A DNA stretch of 64,000 nt from Octopus sinensis. Its lineage: Eukaryota. Position numbers and translations under genes: made by a program. Location of the stretch: positions 7,502,001-7,566,000 of the forward strand of contig NC_043023.1 of assembly GCF_006345805.1 (NCBI RefSeq), given 5' to 3'. Positions 13,060 through 25,734 of the stretch are shown here, one piece after another (the stretch's first letter is position 1; each line of letters opens with the position of its first letter). Below the pieces are notes generated by a model. It was given only the letters and a program-made list of their open reading frames with translations, ran no database searches and was not told the origin of the DNA.

Positions 13060-14270
13060 GACAGGCAGAAACGTTAGCACGTCAGGCAAAATGCTTAGCG
13101 GTATTTTGTCTGTCTTTACGTTCTGAGTTCAAATTCCGCTGAGGTCGACTTTGCCTTTCATCCTTTCGGGGTCGATAAATTAAGTACCAGTTACGCACTG
13201 GGGTCGATGTAATCTTTTGTCTGTCCTTGTTTGTCCCCTCTATGTTTAGCCCCTTGTGGGAATTAGAGAAATAAGAAATGTTAGCATGCCGGGTGAAATG
13301 CTTTGCGGTATTTCGTCTATCTTTACGTTCTGAGTTCAAATTCCGCTGAGGTCGACTTTGCCTTTCATCCTTTCGGGGTCGATAAATTAAGTACCAGTTA
13401 CGCACTGGGGTCGATGTAATCTTTTGTCTGTCCTTGTTTGTCCCCTCTATGTTTAGCCCCTTGTGGGAATTAGAGAAATAAGAAATGTTAGCATGCCGGT
13501 GAAATGCTTTGCGGTATTTCGTCTATCTTTACGTTCTGAGTTCAAATTCCGCTGAGGTCGACTTTGCCTTTCATCCTTTCGGGGTCGATAAATTAAGTAC
13601 CAGTTACGCACTGGGGTCGATGTAATCTTTTGTCTGTCCTTGTTTGTCCCCTCTATGTTTAGCCCCTTGTGGGAATTAGAGAAATAAGAAATGTTAGCAT
13701 GCCGGGTGAAATGCTTTGCGGTATTTCGTCTATCTTTACGTTCTGAGTTCAAATTCCGCTGAGGTCGACTTTGCCTTTCATCCTTTCGGGGTCGATTAAA
13801 TAAGTAGCAGTTACAAACTGGGGTCGATGTAATCATTTAATCCGTTTGTCTGTCCTTGTTTGTCCTCTCTGTGTTTAGCCCCTTGTGGGTAGTAAAGAAA
13901 TAGGTATTTCGTCTGTCTTTAGATTCTGAGTTCAAATTCCCCCAAGGTTGACTTTGTCTTTTATCCTTTTGGAGTCGATAAATTAAGCACTGAGGTCGAT
14001 GTAATCAACTTAATCTGTTTGTCCCCTCTATGTTTAGCCCCTTGTTGGCAATAAAGAAATAAGAAACATTAGCACGCCAGCCGAAATGCTTAGCGGTATT
14101 TCGTCTGTCGTTACGTTCTGAGTTCAAATTCCGCCGAGGTCGACTTTACCTTTCATCCTTTCGGGGTCAATTAAATAAGTACCAGTTATGCACTGAGGTC
14201 GACGTAATCGACTTAATCCATTTGTTCCTTCTATGTTTAGCCCCTTGTGGGCAATAAAGAAATAAGACCG
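13060..14270 (+). repeat. Tandem array of family C SINE, period 206-207 bp
   Basis: gggtcgatgt recurs at 13201, 13408, 13614, 13821; more diverged units follow. Confidence 0.9.
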
Positions 14271-14482
14271 AAATAGTTAGATAATATTCATAATTACAAT
14301 TAGTCATGCTTGGAAATCCAGTCAGAAAATATAAAGACGGTTGCTTCTGATAAAATCTTGTGAGGCATGCGCCAGGAACATACATACATACTTACATATA
14401 TCTATATATATATATATAAATATACATATACATATATATACATATACATATTATACATATATATATATGGTTTTGTCTCTAA

Positions 14483-14536
<54 letters not shown>

Positions 14537-14540
<4 letters not shown>

Positions 14541-14940
14541 CGCAGGAGTGGCTGTGTGGTAAGTAGCTTGCTAACCAACCACATGGTTCTGGGTTCAGTC
14601 CCACTGCGTGGCATCTTGGGCAAGTGTCTTCTGCTATAGCCCCAGGCCGACCAATGCCTTGTGAGTGGATTTGGTAGACGGAAACTGAAAGAAGCCTGTC
14701 GTATATATGTATATATATGTATGTATGTGTGTGACTGTGTTTGTCCCCTTAGCATTGCTTGACAACCGATGCTGGTGTGTTTACGTCCCCGTCACTTAGC
14801 GGTTCGGCAAAAGAGACCGATAGAATAAGTACTGGGCTTACAAAGAATAAGTCCCGGGGTCGATTTGCTCGACTAAAGGCGGTGCTCCAGCATGGCCACA
14901 GTCAAATGACTGAAACAAGTAAAAGAGTAAAGAGTAAAGA
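14537..14940 (+). mobile_element. SINE family A (tRNA-like head GGCGCAGGAGTGGCTGTGTGG..., central microsatellite, ...AAACAAGTAAAAGAGT tail); representative copy
   Basis: Further copies at about 4937-5645, 6063-6665 (head duplicated), 19596-20040, 23380-23885, 28256-28660(-), 36375-36800(-), 40070-40440, 44412-44745(-), 48607-48990, 53120-53500(-), 55388-55788(-). Confidence 0.85.
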
Positions 14941-14941
14941 G

Positions 14942-14973
<32 letters not shown>

Positions 14974-15107
14974 CATATCTTTAATTTTTTTCTATATGGT
15001 ATGATTTAAGTATATCATTGTTGAATTGCTACATGGTGGTTCTTCTCAAATTTATATATACACACACACACACATAAATATATATATACATATATACACA
15101 TATATAC

Positions 15108-15515
15108 CAGGCATGTACCATCAGTAACTACTCAGGGCAGGCAGTTAGCAATGTTTATGTAGTAAAACAGACGAAAACATAAGCGAAACACAGGCGCGCG
15201 ACTGAGTTGGAGGCAGATTTACTTCTGCTTTTATAGCATGTAAAGGAAATGTTGTTGTAGGAGTGTACGCAGCACATGCACTACAGCAGTACTATGTGTA
15301 GCTTAAATACTGAGATTGAAAGGCATGGGCGAATTATGCCTGCCTAATCTATAAAAAGATAGAATATTTTGCATTTTATGCATAGTAATCACAGGAACCT
15401 TCATAGTTTTATTGAATTAGGTGCATATTGTCCCATAAAAGGAAAATGTTGCTATCAATCTATTTTATTCAAGGTAGGCACTGCCTACCTTGCCTACCCA
15501 CGTGGCACGTCCCTG
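15108..15515. mobile_element. Probable hAT-type MITE
   Basis: Imperfect CAGG.A.GT.CCA termini; 7/8 TSD match (atatatac / atacatac). Confidence 0.4.
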
Positions 15516-15845
15516 ATACATACTTACATCACACATACATATATACATACATACATACATTCATCATAAATACATATATACATACATCATACATACATAC
15601 TTTTGTACACCCTATATATGAGATGCTTAGATAATATCCACAGTTTCACTTGGTCATACTAGGGAATTCAGCAAAAAAATCTAATGACGGTTGCTTCTGA
15701 CAGGACCCTTGATCCTTAGAAACATAGCAAGTGGAGAAGACTGATAGATGGAGGGAACAACAGTCAAGAGGCAGCCCTACCTGTACTGTGCCTAAAGCTC
15801 TAGAATAAATGAAGGAGAGGAAAATTGGGGTGGGGGTAGTCTCAC

Positions 15846-15934
15846 CTGATCACAGATTCACCTGATGCCATGGCTAGCATGCCTTTCCCTGCCCAGACAA
15901 TGCAAGGGTTCTCAGATTTGCCGTTCAGCTTCAC
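15846..15934 (-). CDS. IFT140: IFT140 coding exon 6 (VKLNGKSENPCIVWAGKGMLAMASGESVIR)
   Basis: TTTCAG acceptor, GTGAGA donor, phase 0 to 2; VKLxGK...GE..(L/I)R pattern. Confidence 0.9.
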
Positions 15935-16283
15935 CTGAAATGAGATTGGAAAGAAAAATGCAACGCGCATTATTGGCAGTGTATGTGTGCATGTAGTGGT
16001 GGTGGTGGTGGGGATGGAGGTTAATTACACAATATAAGGTGGGCCAAAAGTTATAAGGTAGCAAACTAGCAGAATCGTTAGCGCATCAGACAAAATGTTT
16101 AGCAATGTTTCATCCATCTTTACATTCTGAATTCAAATTATGCTGAGGTCAACTTTGCCTTTCACCCTTTCAGGGATGGGGGAAGGGTCAATGAAATAAG
16201 TACCAGTTATACACTGGAATCAATGTAATCGACTGGCCACCTCTCCCCCAAAAATTTCAAGCCTTGTGCCTTTAGTAGAAAGG

Positions 16284-16316
<33 letters not shown>

Positions 16317-16524
16317 TAGTTTTATTTTTATAGCGTGCTTTCACTTCACTACCGAGCGCAGCTCTGTGTGACTTAGGTATGTGCTGTGATTTGCTGTGAT
16401 ACTCTGATGGTTATTGTATGGAAAGTGTTCTGCGTAGGATGTGTGCAGTGCCTAGTAGTGCAATTTTCTGTATGTTATATGTGTTTGTAAGTCCTGGTGT
16501 TTTTGTTATGTATTTGTCTGAATA

Positions 16525-16564
<40 letters not shown>

Positions 16565-16790
16565 TAGTTTTATTTTTATAGCATGCTTTCACTTCACTAC
16601 CGAGCGCAGCTCTGTGTGCCTTGGGTATGTGCTGTGGATTGCTGTGATGCCCTTCTGATTACTGCTCATGAAATTAACATACAAGTGGCTGAGTATTCCA
16701 CAGATACATGTACCCTTAACATAGTTCTCAGAGAGATTCAGTGCATGACACAAATGTGACCAGGTCGGCTGTTTAAATTACAAGTACAAC

Positions 16791-17316
16791 TACTGTAAAT
16801 CCTCAAGTATAGTCTGCCCTTGAGTATAATACGCAGGGAAGTTTTAGGGGGCTGTACCTCTGAAAGACCTAAACCTTGTGTATAATACACACCCCATCTC
16901 TAACTTGAGTCATGTGTAATTAAACCAGCAGCACCTAGTCAAACAAACACTTCCTCGCATGCGTAATGCAATAATGGTGATGTTCTTAACTGTTATATGG
17001 GAATGTAAATATGTTTGCAAATTATGTTTGTTATATGTTATTCTGTGTTTTGAATACTTTTATTTTAATAAATGTTGCTTACTGCAAGTTATGGATGATT
17101 CTTTTATGACTTCATTGCTTTCAGGTTTAGTTTAAGGTATTTTCGCACCTGGCATCACAAAATGCATTGGAATAAAAATTGCTGGACAGCAAATAGAGAC
17201 TTGGACATTGCTTAGAAAATATTTTTCATTTTTAACCTTGTATATAGTATGCACTAGGGATTTTGACCGTTAAATTTTGGGGAAAAAATGCAGATTATAC
17301 TCAAGGATTTACGGTA
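16791..17316. mobile_element. Tc1/pogo-type MITE
   Basis: Terminal inverted repeats TACTGTAAATCCTCAAGTATA / TATACTCAAGGATTTACGGTA; interrupts a SINE whose halves resume on both sides. Confidence 0.7.
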
Positions 17317-17491
17317 ATTTTTGCAAGCAGAGTGGACTGGAGCAACATGAAGTAAAGTGTCTCACTCAAGCATACAATGTGTCGCTGAGAATTGAACTCA
17401 AGACCTTATGACAATGAGCCGATTACCCCTAACCACTAAGCCACGCGCTTTCACACATGTGATATACAGGAGAGACAAAGGGTCAACTCAC

Positions 17492-17670
17492 CTTCATCAG
17501 CTCTTCGGCCTTTTGGGCTTGACTGTCCACCTTGTGTTGGCTCAACATTAAATTATGAGTGAGGGTCACCAAGATGTTCTGCTCAGTGTAATAGAACAGA
17601 TTGAGGATTCGGGAACTGACAGAGAAAAGGGTGGTGCAGGTTCCGTTCTCAAGGATGTGGTAGACGCCAC
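17492..17670 (-). CDS. IFT140: IFT140 coding exon 5 (GGVYHILENGTCTTLFSVSSRILNLFYYTEQNILVTLTHNLMLSQHKVDSQAQKAEELMK)
   Basis: CAG acceptor, GTGAGT donor, phase 1 to 0; ends ...AEELMK like ...AEEVMK. Confidence 0.92.
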
Positions 17671-17689
17671 CTGTGAAGAGAGAGATATT

Positions 17690-18500
17690 GGTAAAGGGTT
17701 TTAGTGGCTGTAGTTGTTGTTGGTGTTGCTCCTGTTTCAGTAAACCTATGATCAAAGACGCTCCAGTTGTGACCATCCTGTCTTATATTCAGGCATAGTG
17801 TATCTAGGACTACATTATCTAATGTACAGTACAATAATTAGTGGTTGTCGTTGCTCTTGATTCAGTAAACCTATGATCAAAGACGTTCCAGATGTGACCA
17901 TCCTGTTTTTTATACAGGCATAGTGTATCTAGGACTACATTATCTAATGTACAGTACAATAATCAGTGGCTGTTGTTGCTCCTGTTTCAGTAAACCTATG
18001 ATCAAAGACGTTCCAGATGTGACCATCCAGTCTTTTATTCAGGCATAGTGTATCTAGGACTACATTATCTAATGTACAGTACAATAATTAGTGGCTGTCG
18101 TTGTTGTTGCTCTTGATTCAGTAAACCTATGATCAAAGATGCTCCAGTTGTGACCATCCCCTCTTTTACTCAAACATAGTGTACCTAGGACAACATTATC
18201 TAATGTACAGTACAATAGTTAGCAGCTGTAGTTGTTGTTTAACCCCAGACTTATGATCAGTGATACTCCATCTGTGACCATCCCATTATTTATTCAGACA
18301 TAGTGTATCTAAGATTACATTATCTAATGTACAATATCATGGTAAGTATTAATGGCTATAGTTGTTGCTCACCCCCAGTTCAGTTCTGGAGCATCTTTTT
18401 ATCAAAGATGCTCCAGCTGTGACCACCACATCTATTATTCAAACATAGTGTATCTAGGACTACATTATTGAATGTATAGTATAGTAGTTAGTTATAAGTG
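17690..18500. repeat. About 120-bp tandem array derived from an interspersed repeat (gtaaacctatgatcaaag...catagtgtatctaggactacattatctaatg)
   Basis: Six to seven units; the same family occurs in both orientations at 1270-2100 and at 18805-19070. Confidence 0.8.
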
Positions 18501-19083
18501 GCTATAGTTGTTGTTTGTGGAGGTGCAATGGCCCAGTGGTTAGGGCAGCGGACACATGGTCAGAGTATCGCGGTTTCGATTCCCAGACCGGGCGTTGTAT
18601 GTGTTTATTGAGCAAAAACACCTAAAGCTCCACGAGGCTCCGGCAGGGGGTGGTGGCGACCCCTGTTGTACTCTTCCTGTTTCTTGAGTAATGCTGCGAT
18701 GGACTGGCGTCCCATCCAGCTAGGGGGAACACATACACCACAGAAACTGGGAAACTGGGCCCATGAGCCTGGCTAGGCTTGAAAAGGGCAAAAAGAAAGA
18801 AGAATAGTTGTTGTTTAGCCCCAGGTCAGTCCTGATCCAGCAGACCTGTAATCAAAGATGTTCCAACTCTGACCATCCTGTCTTTTATTCAGGCATAGTG
18901 TATCAAGGACAACATTATCTAATGTACGGTATAGCAGTTAGTATTAGTGGCTATAGTTATTGCTATTGTTTAGCCCCAGGTCAGACCTGATCCAGCAGAC
19001 AGGCCTATAATCAAAGATGTTCCAGCTGTGACCATCCCGTCTTTTATACAGACATAAATGTATCTGGAAAGGCTGTTACATAC

Positions 19084-19232
19084 CTGTTGCTCCACCACAA
19101 AAGAAGTTGAATGATTCAGACATGCCAAAGATGGATGAATACTTGGTGTCCGACTGTCTCCCTTTCAGATCAAACATGTCCAGAGCCTTCTGGTCCCCTT
19201 TTACAGCTGCTCGGACCAGGTTGCGAACCTCT
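19084..19232 (-). CDS. IFT140: IFT140 coding exon 4 (EVRNLVRAAVKGDQKALDMFDLKGRQ...FNFFCGGAT)
   Basis: TAG acceptor, GTATGT donor, phase 2 to 1; contains the AAVxGDxKALDMF motif I recognise from IFT140. Confidence 0.93.
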
Positions 19233-19766
19233 CTAGTACAAAGAAACAAAAGAAAGTACTTACATAAACCTCATCGTTGGTGGCTTTTTTATTATTATTA
19301 TTATTATTACTATTACTATTATTATAAACACAGAGGTTGCCCTTGTGGCAAAATCTGAAACCATTATTATTATTATTATTATTATTATTAAGGCAGTGAG
19401 CTGGCAGAATTGTTAGCATGCTGGATGAAATGCTTAGTGGTATTTCGTCTGCCGTTACGTTCTGAGTTCAAATTCCGCTGAGGTCAACTTTGCCTTTCAT
19501 CCTTTAAAGGTCGATTATATATGTACCAATTACGCACTGGGGTCGATATAATCGACTTAATCTATGGGCAGTAAAGAAATAAGAATTGTTAGCAATAGGA
19601 GTGGCTGTGTGGTAAGTAGCTTGCTTACGAACCACATGGTTCCGGGTTCAGTCCCACTGCGTGGCACCTTGGGCAAGTGTCTTCTACTATAGCCTCGGGC
19701 CGACCAAAGCCTTGTGAGTGGATTTGGTAGATGGAAACTGAAAGAAGCCCGTCGTATATATGTATG

Positions 19767-19798
<32 letters not shown>

Positions 19799-20058
19799 AT
19801 ATATATTATATATATATATATCTATGTGTGTGTGTGTGTTTGTCCCCCAACATCACCTGACAACCGATGCTGGTGTGTTTACGTCCCCTTAACTTAGCAG
19901 TTCGGCAAAAGAGACTGATAGAATAAGTACAAAGCTTACAAAGAATAAGTCCTGGGGTCGATTTGCTTGGCTAAAGGCGGTGCTCCAGCATGGCCACAGT
20001 CAAATGACTGAAAACAAGTAAAAGAATAAAATAAATAAATAAATAAACATAATCTCAC

Positions 20059-20189
20059 GTGTATGACTCTGGATTAACAAGAGGCTGGAGGATAATCTGT
20101 TGTATGGGTTCTGGGAGATTATGTTGCGACACTGGTTTGGACATGGCGCGACCCTTTGAATCAACCTTCCATATAAGTAAGGTACCAGA
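20059..20189 (-). CDS. IFT140: IFT140 coding exon 3 (SGTLLIWKVDSKGRAMSKPVSQHNLPEPIQQIILQPLVNPESY)
   Basis: TTTCCAG acceptor, GTGAGA donor, phase 0 to 2; matches GxLLLWxxDxxGR of IFT140. Confidence 0.9.
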
Positions 20190-20319
20190 CTGGAAATAAA
20201 AATAAGGGGTCAGAAAATAAGTTTTGTTGCAGTTGTGGTTCTTTAGCCCCAGGTCAGCCCTAACCCAGTAGCCCTATGATCAAAGTTCTTCCAGAAGTGG
20301 CTATCTCCCCCCACTTCCA

Positions 20320-21070
20320 TTGTCACTAACTCCTACTCCCTCTCTCTTACTTCCTCAAACACTTTCCCTCCAACTTTCACTCCTTTTCTCTCTCTCCTTT
20401 CCACTTTGTCCAATAAAGTCCTATTCCCTCCCACTCTTCATCTCTCTCTCCTACTCCCTTTATCATGAACTTCCACTCCCTCACTCTCCCGCCCACTTTG
20501 TCACACTAACTCCCACTCCCTCTCTCTGTTTATCTCTCTCCTACTCCTTAGTCACAAACCTCACTCCCTCTCATTGTTTTTCTCTCCTACTCCCTTTCTC
20601 TCTAACTCCTACTCCCTCTCTCTCCCACCCACTTTGTCACTAACTCCCACTCTCTGTTTATCTCTCTCCTACTCCCTCCATCACTAACTCCCACTCCTCA
20701 CTGTTTATCTCTCCTACCCTCTTTCTCACTCACTCCCACTCCCACTCTCTCTCTCCTACTCCCTTCATCTCTAACTCCCACTCCTCACCGTTTATCTCTC
20801 CTACACTCTTTCTCACTCACTTCCACTCCCGCCCTCTGTTTATCTTTCTCCTACTCCCTCCATCACTAACTCCCACTCCTCACTGTTTATCTCTCCTACC
20901 CTCTTTCATACTCACTCCCACTCCCACTCTCTGTTTATCTCTATCTCCTACTCCCTTCGTCACTAACTCCCACTCCTCACCGTTTATCTCGCCTACACTC
21001 TTTCTCACTCACCCCCACTCCCGCACTCTGTTTATCTCTCTCCTACTCCCTTTGCCCCAAATTCTACTCT
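20320..21070. repeat. Degenerate CT-rich minisatellite (ctcccactc...tgtttatctctc.cctactc)
   Basis: Recurring ~30-60-bp units between IFT140 coding exons 2 and 3. Confidence 0.8.
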
Positions 21071-21120
21071 CACTTCCCCTCTCTCTTGCCCCCACTTTTC
21101 CCCCTACCCCTTACACTCAC

Positions 21121-21341
21121 CTCATCTCCAGACACAATCCTGGCCCCGAATGAACTCCAACAGAGTGAGGTCACCGCTGTGCTATGAACTTGCTCCATGT
21201 GGCTCATCTCCTTTGCGTCCAGCCTCCACAATGTGATGGCGCCATCCTTCCAGGCGACGCACAGCACCAATTTGGTTGGGTGCCACTGCATAACGCTCAC
21301 AGCAGAGCTTGTTTCAGGGGTTCAACACCAACAGAATCTCC
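21121..21341 (-). CDS. IFT140: IFT140 coding exon 2 (GDSVGVEPLK / SSAVSVMQWHPTKLVLCVAWKDGAITLW...WSSFGARIVSGDE); 221 nt, apparent 1-nt frameshift
   Basis: TTTCAG acceptor and GTGAGT donor; WD40 WHPT motif and W-S-x-x-G...SGD match IFT140. Length 221 is one short of 74 codons; see findings. Confidence 0.9.
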
Positions 21342-21565
21342 CTGAAATTAAAAATTTAGAAAACAAAAATATTTTATTATTCATTAAGCATTTAAACTGA
21401 TGCTGGCTGGGTGGTTAAGAAGCTGGCTTCCCAGCCGTGTGGTTCTGAGTTCAATCCCACTATATGGCATCCTGGGAAAGTGTCTTCTCTTATTGACCAA
21501 GACCAATCAAAGCCTTATGAATGGATTTAGTAGAGAGAAACAGGAAGAAGCCCCAAATGTATGTA

Positions 21566-21662
<97 letters not shown>

Positions 21663-22924
21663 GTATATATATGTATATATATATATGTATATATATATCA
21701 TCATCATCATTGTTTAATGTCCACTTACCATGCTAGCATGGGTTGGACGATTTGACTGAGGACTGGCAAACCAGATGGCTGCACCAGGCTTCAATCTTAA
21801 TCTGGCAAAGTTTCTACAGCTGGATGCCACCGGCACGGGGGCCAGTCAGGCGGAACTGGCAACAGCCACGCCCAAGTGGTGTTTTTTTTACATACTACTG
21901 CACAAGTGCCAGTGAGGCAACGTTGGTAACGATCACACTCGAATGGTGCTTTTTATGTGCCAACAGCATGCAAGCCAGTTAGCCGCTGTGGCAATGATCA
22001 CCCTCGGATGGTGCTCTTAGTGCTCAACTAGCATGTATGCTGGTCATCGAATTTGATTTCGATTTCACTTGCCCCAACATGTCTTTGCAAGCAGTGCCCA
22101 ATGAAGGGAAGGTATGCATATATATATGTGTGTGTGCGTGTGTGTGTGTGTTTGTGTATATATATATATATATATATACATACATAGATACATATATATG
22201 TGCATGACATCAGGTAATGGATGTAAATGAGCATCACCATCATACAAGCAGTGTTGTCTGTTTCCAGTCTTCCATGGTAAAACATGTCTGGCTATGGGGA
22301 AAGATTGCCTTGAGGAGAATATGCTGAATAAAATCATAAGTAAAAGAGTAAAGAGAGAGAGTAAAAAGTATAAACATATATATGTGTGTGTGTGTGTGTA
22401 GAGGAGACCTATTGAGTCAAGTACAGAAACATCGAAATAAATATCAAATGGAAATAGCAGTTGTGATACCTGTGCCGGTGGCACGTAAAAAGCACCATCC
22501 AAACGTGGCTGTTGCCAGCGCCGCTTTGACTGGCTTCTGTGCTGGTGGCACGTAAAAAGCACCAACTGATCGTGGCCGCTGCCAGCCCCACCTGGCACAT
22601 GTGCAGGTGGCATGTAAAAAGCACCCACTACACTCACGGAGTGGTTGGTATTAGGAAAGGCATCCAGCTGTAGAAACACTGCCAGATCAGACTGGAGCCT
22701 GGTACAGCCTCCTGGCTTCCCAGACCCCGGTCAAACCGTTCAACCCATGCTAGCAAGGAAAACAGACGTTAAACGATGATGATGATGATATATTATTATT
22801 ATCATCATCATCATCATCGTTTAACGTCTGCTTTCCATGGGTTGGACGATTTTGACTGACCCATGCTAGCATGGAAAGCGGACGTTAAACGATGATGATA
22901 TATATATATATATATATATATGAG

Positions 22925-22955
<31 letters not shown>

Positions 22956-23037
22956 ACGCACAGAAAATAGCACTCATACACATGCACAACTAAGCTAAAC
23001 AGAACAGAAGAATGACAACTGAAATGAGCAAACTTAC

Positions 23038-23184
23038 CGTTTCATTGAATATGTAGACGCCAGCCCCGCTGTCATCATCAAAGAGGACACCAATAGCCAG
23101 TAGACGCTCAATCGGGTGCCATGTCGTGTGGGTGTAGACACCAGCCAAATCAGCAGAAATACAGTGATCGAAGAACACTGCCAT
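23038..23184 (-). CDS. IFT140: IFT140 coding exon 1 (MAVFFDHCISADLAGVYTHTTWHPIERLLAIGVLFDDDSGAGVYIFNET)
   Basis: ATG at 23184; resembles the IFT140 N-terminus as I recall it (MALYYDHQI...SWHP..P.LAV). 147 nt, ends at GTAAGT donor, phase 0. Upstream TTTCAG acceptor at 23229 implies a short 5'UTR portion (23185-23228) in the same exon. Confidence 0.93.
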
Positions 23185-24529
23185 GGGGGTGGTGGGATTG
23201 GTGGTGGGGTTATAATTACCTTTGACACCTGAAATTAAACGCAGAATGTAAATGAAATTGTACAAGGGGAGAGAACTAGTGGCGGCAAATAATTTTCATT
23301 ACATTTTGTGAACTGTTGAGAGTAAAATACATGAGATTTAGTGGGGTGGGTACACAGGTAGGTACAAAGAAGCTATATATGCATGGCTGTGTGGTAAGAA
23401 GCTTACTTCCCAACCACAAGGTTCTGGGTTCAGTCCTACTGTGTGACACCTTGGGCAATTGTTGTCTACTATAGCTTCAGTCTGACCAAAGCTTTGTGAG
23501 TGGATTTGGTAGACGGAAACTGAAAGAAGCCCGTTGTATATATATATAAATATATATGTATATATTTATGTGTGTGCCCTTGTGTCTGTGTTTGTCCCCC
23601 ACCCCATCACTTGACAACTTTTGCTGAACCACTAAGTTATGGGGACGTAAACACACCATCATCGGTTGTCAAGTGATTTTGAGGGGACAAACACAGACAC
23701 ACAAACATGTACATATATACGATGGGCTTCTTTCAGTTTCCGTCTACCAAATCCATTCACAAGGCTTTGGTCGGCCCGAGACTATAGTAGAAGACACTTG
23801 CTCAAGGAGCCACGCAGTGGGACTGAACCTGGAACCATGTGATTGGTAAACAAGCTACTTACCACACAGCCACTCCTGCGCCTATAAGCATATTGGTAGA
23901 AAGTTTCATTAAAAAAACACCAATTTTGCTGAAAGTTATGAGGAAACAAAACTAACTTGCATGAGTCTTTCAAAACTCTTCTCCCCACCAAAAGAAAACT
24001 TTTTTCACAACTGATTCCAGTATAACCAAAATCTACATTTGATGAGTTCCAGGTTTTACCTACAACACAAACTCCCATACATATTTGTTCTGGGAGGGAT
24101 CTGTTTCTATAATACAGAGATTTTGTGGTTTTGAAGTTGGACTGAGAAATTTTCTGCTGTTCAGAATTTGTCTTGCACCATCAGAACCCAGAATTTTAGG
24201 GCTCTAGATGAACATCTCAGTTGCCTTGTGAGCAGCGGCAACCCAGTTCAGGAATTTGGACATAATCAGCCGGATATATATTTCTTTACTGCCCACAAGG
24301 GGCTAAACATAGAGGGGACAAACATGGACAGACAAAGGGATTAAGTCGATTACATTGACCCCAGTGTGTCACTGGTACTTAATTTATCAACCCTGAGAGG
24401 ATGAAAGGCAAAGTTGACCTTGGCGGAATTTGAACTCAGAACGTAACGACAGACGAAATATGGCTACGCATTTCGCCCGGCACGCTAATGTTTCTGCCAG
24501 CTCAGCCGGATATAGTTACATCATCATCA

Positions 24530-24960
24530 TCATCATTGTTCGACCGTGGTCAAGACAATGGAATTTACCATGCTACGCCAGACTTCACGGTCAATCATGG
24601 CATTACGGAGGTCCTGTTGCTGGATGCCTGTATCCCTGGAGATTACATCAGGGTAGGAGAGTGTGCGCCCTCTGGTATTGCAAGTAGATGGCTTCCAGAG
24701 GAGAAGAGTAGAAATTACCTCTTTTTCAGCTCTACAACAAAGTCCAGCAAACTGGACTCTCCTACCTTTCACAAGAGATGACACAGGTGGTAGTTTCCCA
24801 TATATTTGTACTTTGGTTGGATGACGCTTCCACGAGAGATTTTGAGCTCTCATAAGGAGGCGAGTGTAGGTTCCATCCAACTGCCTCTCAAGCTTCTTTG
24901 ATAACGTCCAGGTTTCTGAGCCATATAGTTACACAGATGTATTGTGATCACTTTGACTCC
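24530..24960 (-). mobile_element. RTE-clade LINE 3' end
   Basis: LPPVSSLVK.RR..FAG.C.RA..E.IS.LLLW...SYPD.ISRDTG...DL.NAM.DR..W pattern, ending at a (CAT)n tail. Confidence 0.7.
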
Positions 24961-25734
24961 ATCCCAAAGTGATCACAATAAAAGGCTTCCAAGATATATA
25001 TGAGGGGGTGCTGAAAAGCCCATGGCTATAAAGGTGTCGCAAAAGGCCCAACCTTCCAAGTTCTTTAACAGGGCTTGGAAAACTGAAGGACTGCTGCAAT
25101 AAGTATGTGAATCTGAGAGAGGAATATGTTTAAGAAAACCATAATTAACTGATCTTCCTATGCGTGGCACTCCGTCAGTTACGACGACAAGGGTTCCAGC
25201 TGATCTGATCAACAGAACGGCTTGCTTGTGAAATTAACATGCAAGTGGCTGAGCACTCCACAGACACGTGTACCCTTAACGTAGTTCTCGGGGAGATTCA
25301 GTGTGACACAGAGTGTGACAAGGCTGGCCCTTCGAAATACAGGTACAAAAGAAACAGGAAAAAAGAAGGAGAGAAAGTTGTGGTGAAAAGATACAACAGG
25401 GTTCGCCACCAGCCCTGCCGGAGGCTCGTGGAGCTTTAGGTGTTTTCGCTCAATAAACACTCACAACACCCGGTCTGGGAATCGAAACCGCGAGTCCACT
25501 GCCCTAACCACTGGGCCATTGTGCCTCCATGATCCTCCTATATAATATATATACATATTGGATATATAAATACATAACTGCATATAAATACATTACTGCT
25601 CTATGCTTTAGAGTATTTCTTTTACAGATATATGGTATACTGACAATATATATATAGGGAGAGCAATAATAAATCTCTGAACGAGATATAAACAGTAACT
25701 GCACGACCTCCTTTCATCAAAAACCGGTGATTGT

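Noticed and set aside
21295-21341. RNA editing or an alternative acceptor as a fix for the exon 2 frameshift
   Set aside because: A-to-I editing cannot add a base, and no downstream AG gives a phase-0 junction into the WHPT frame.
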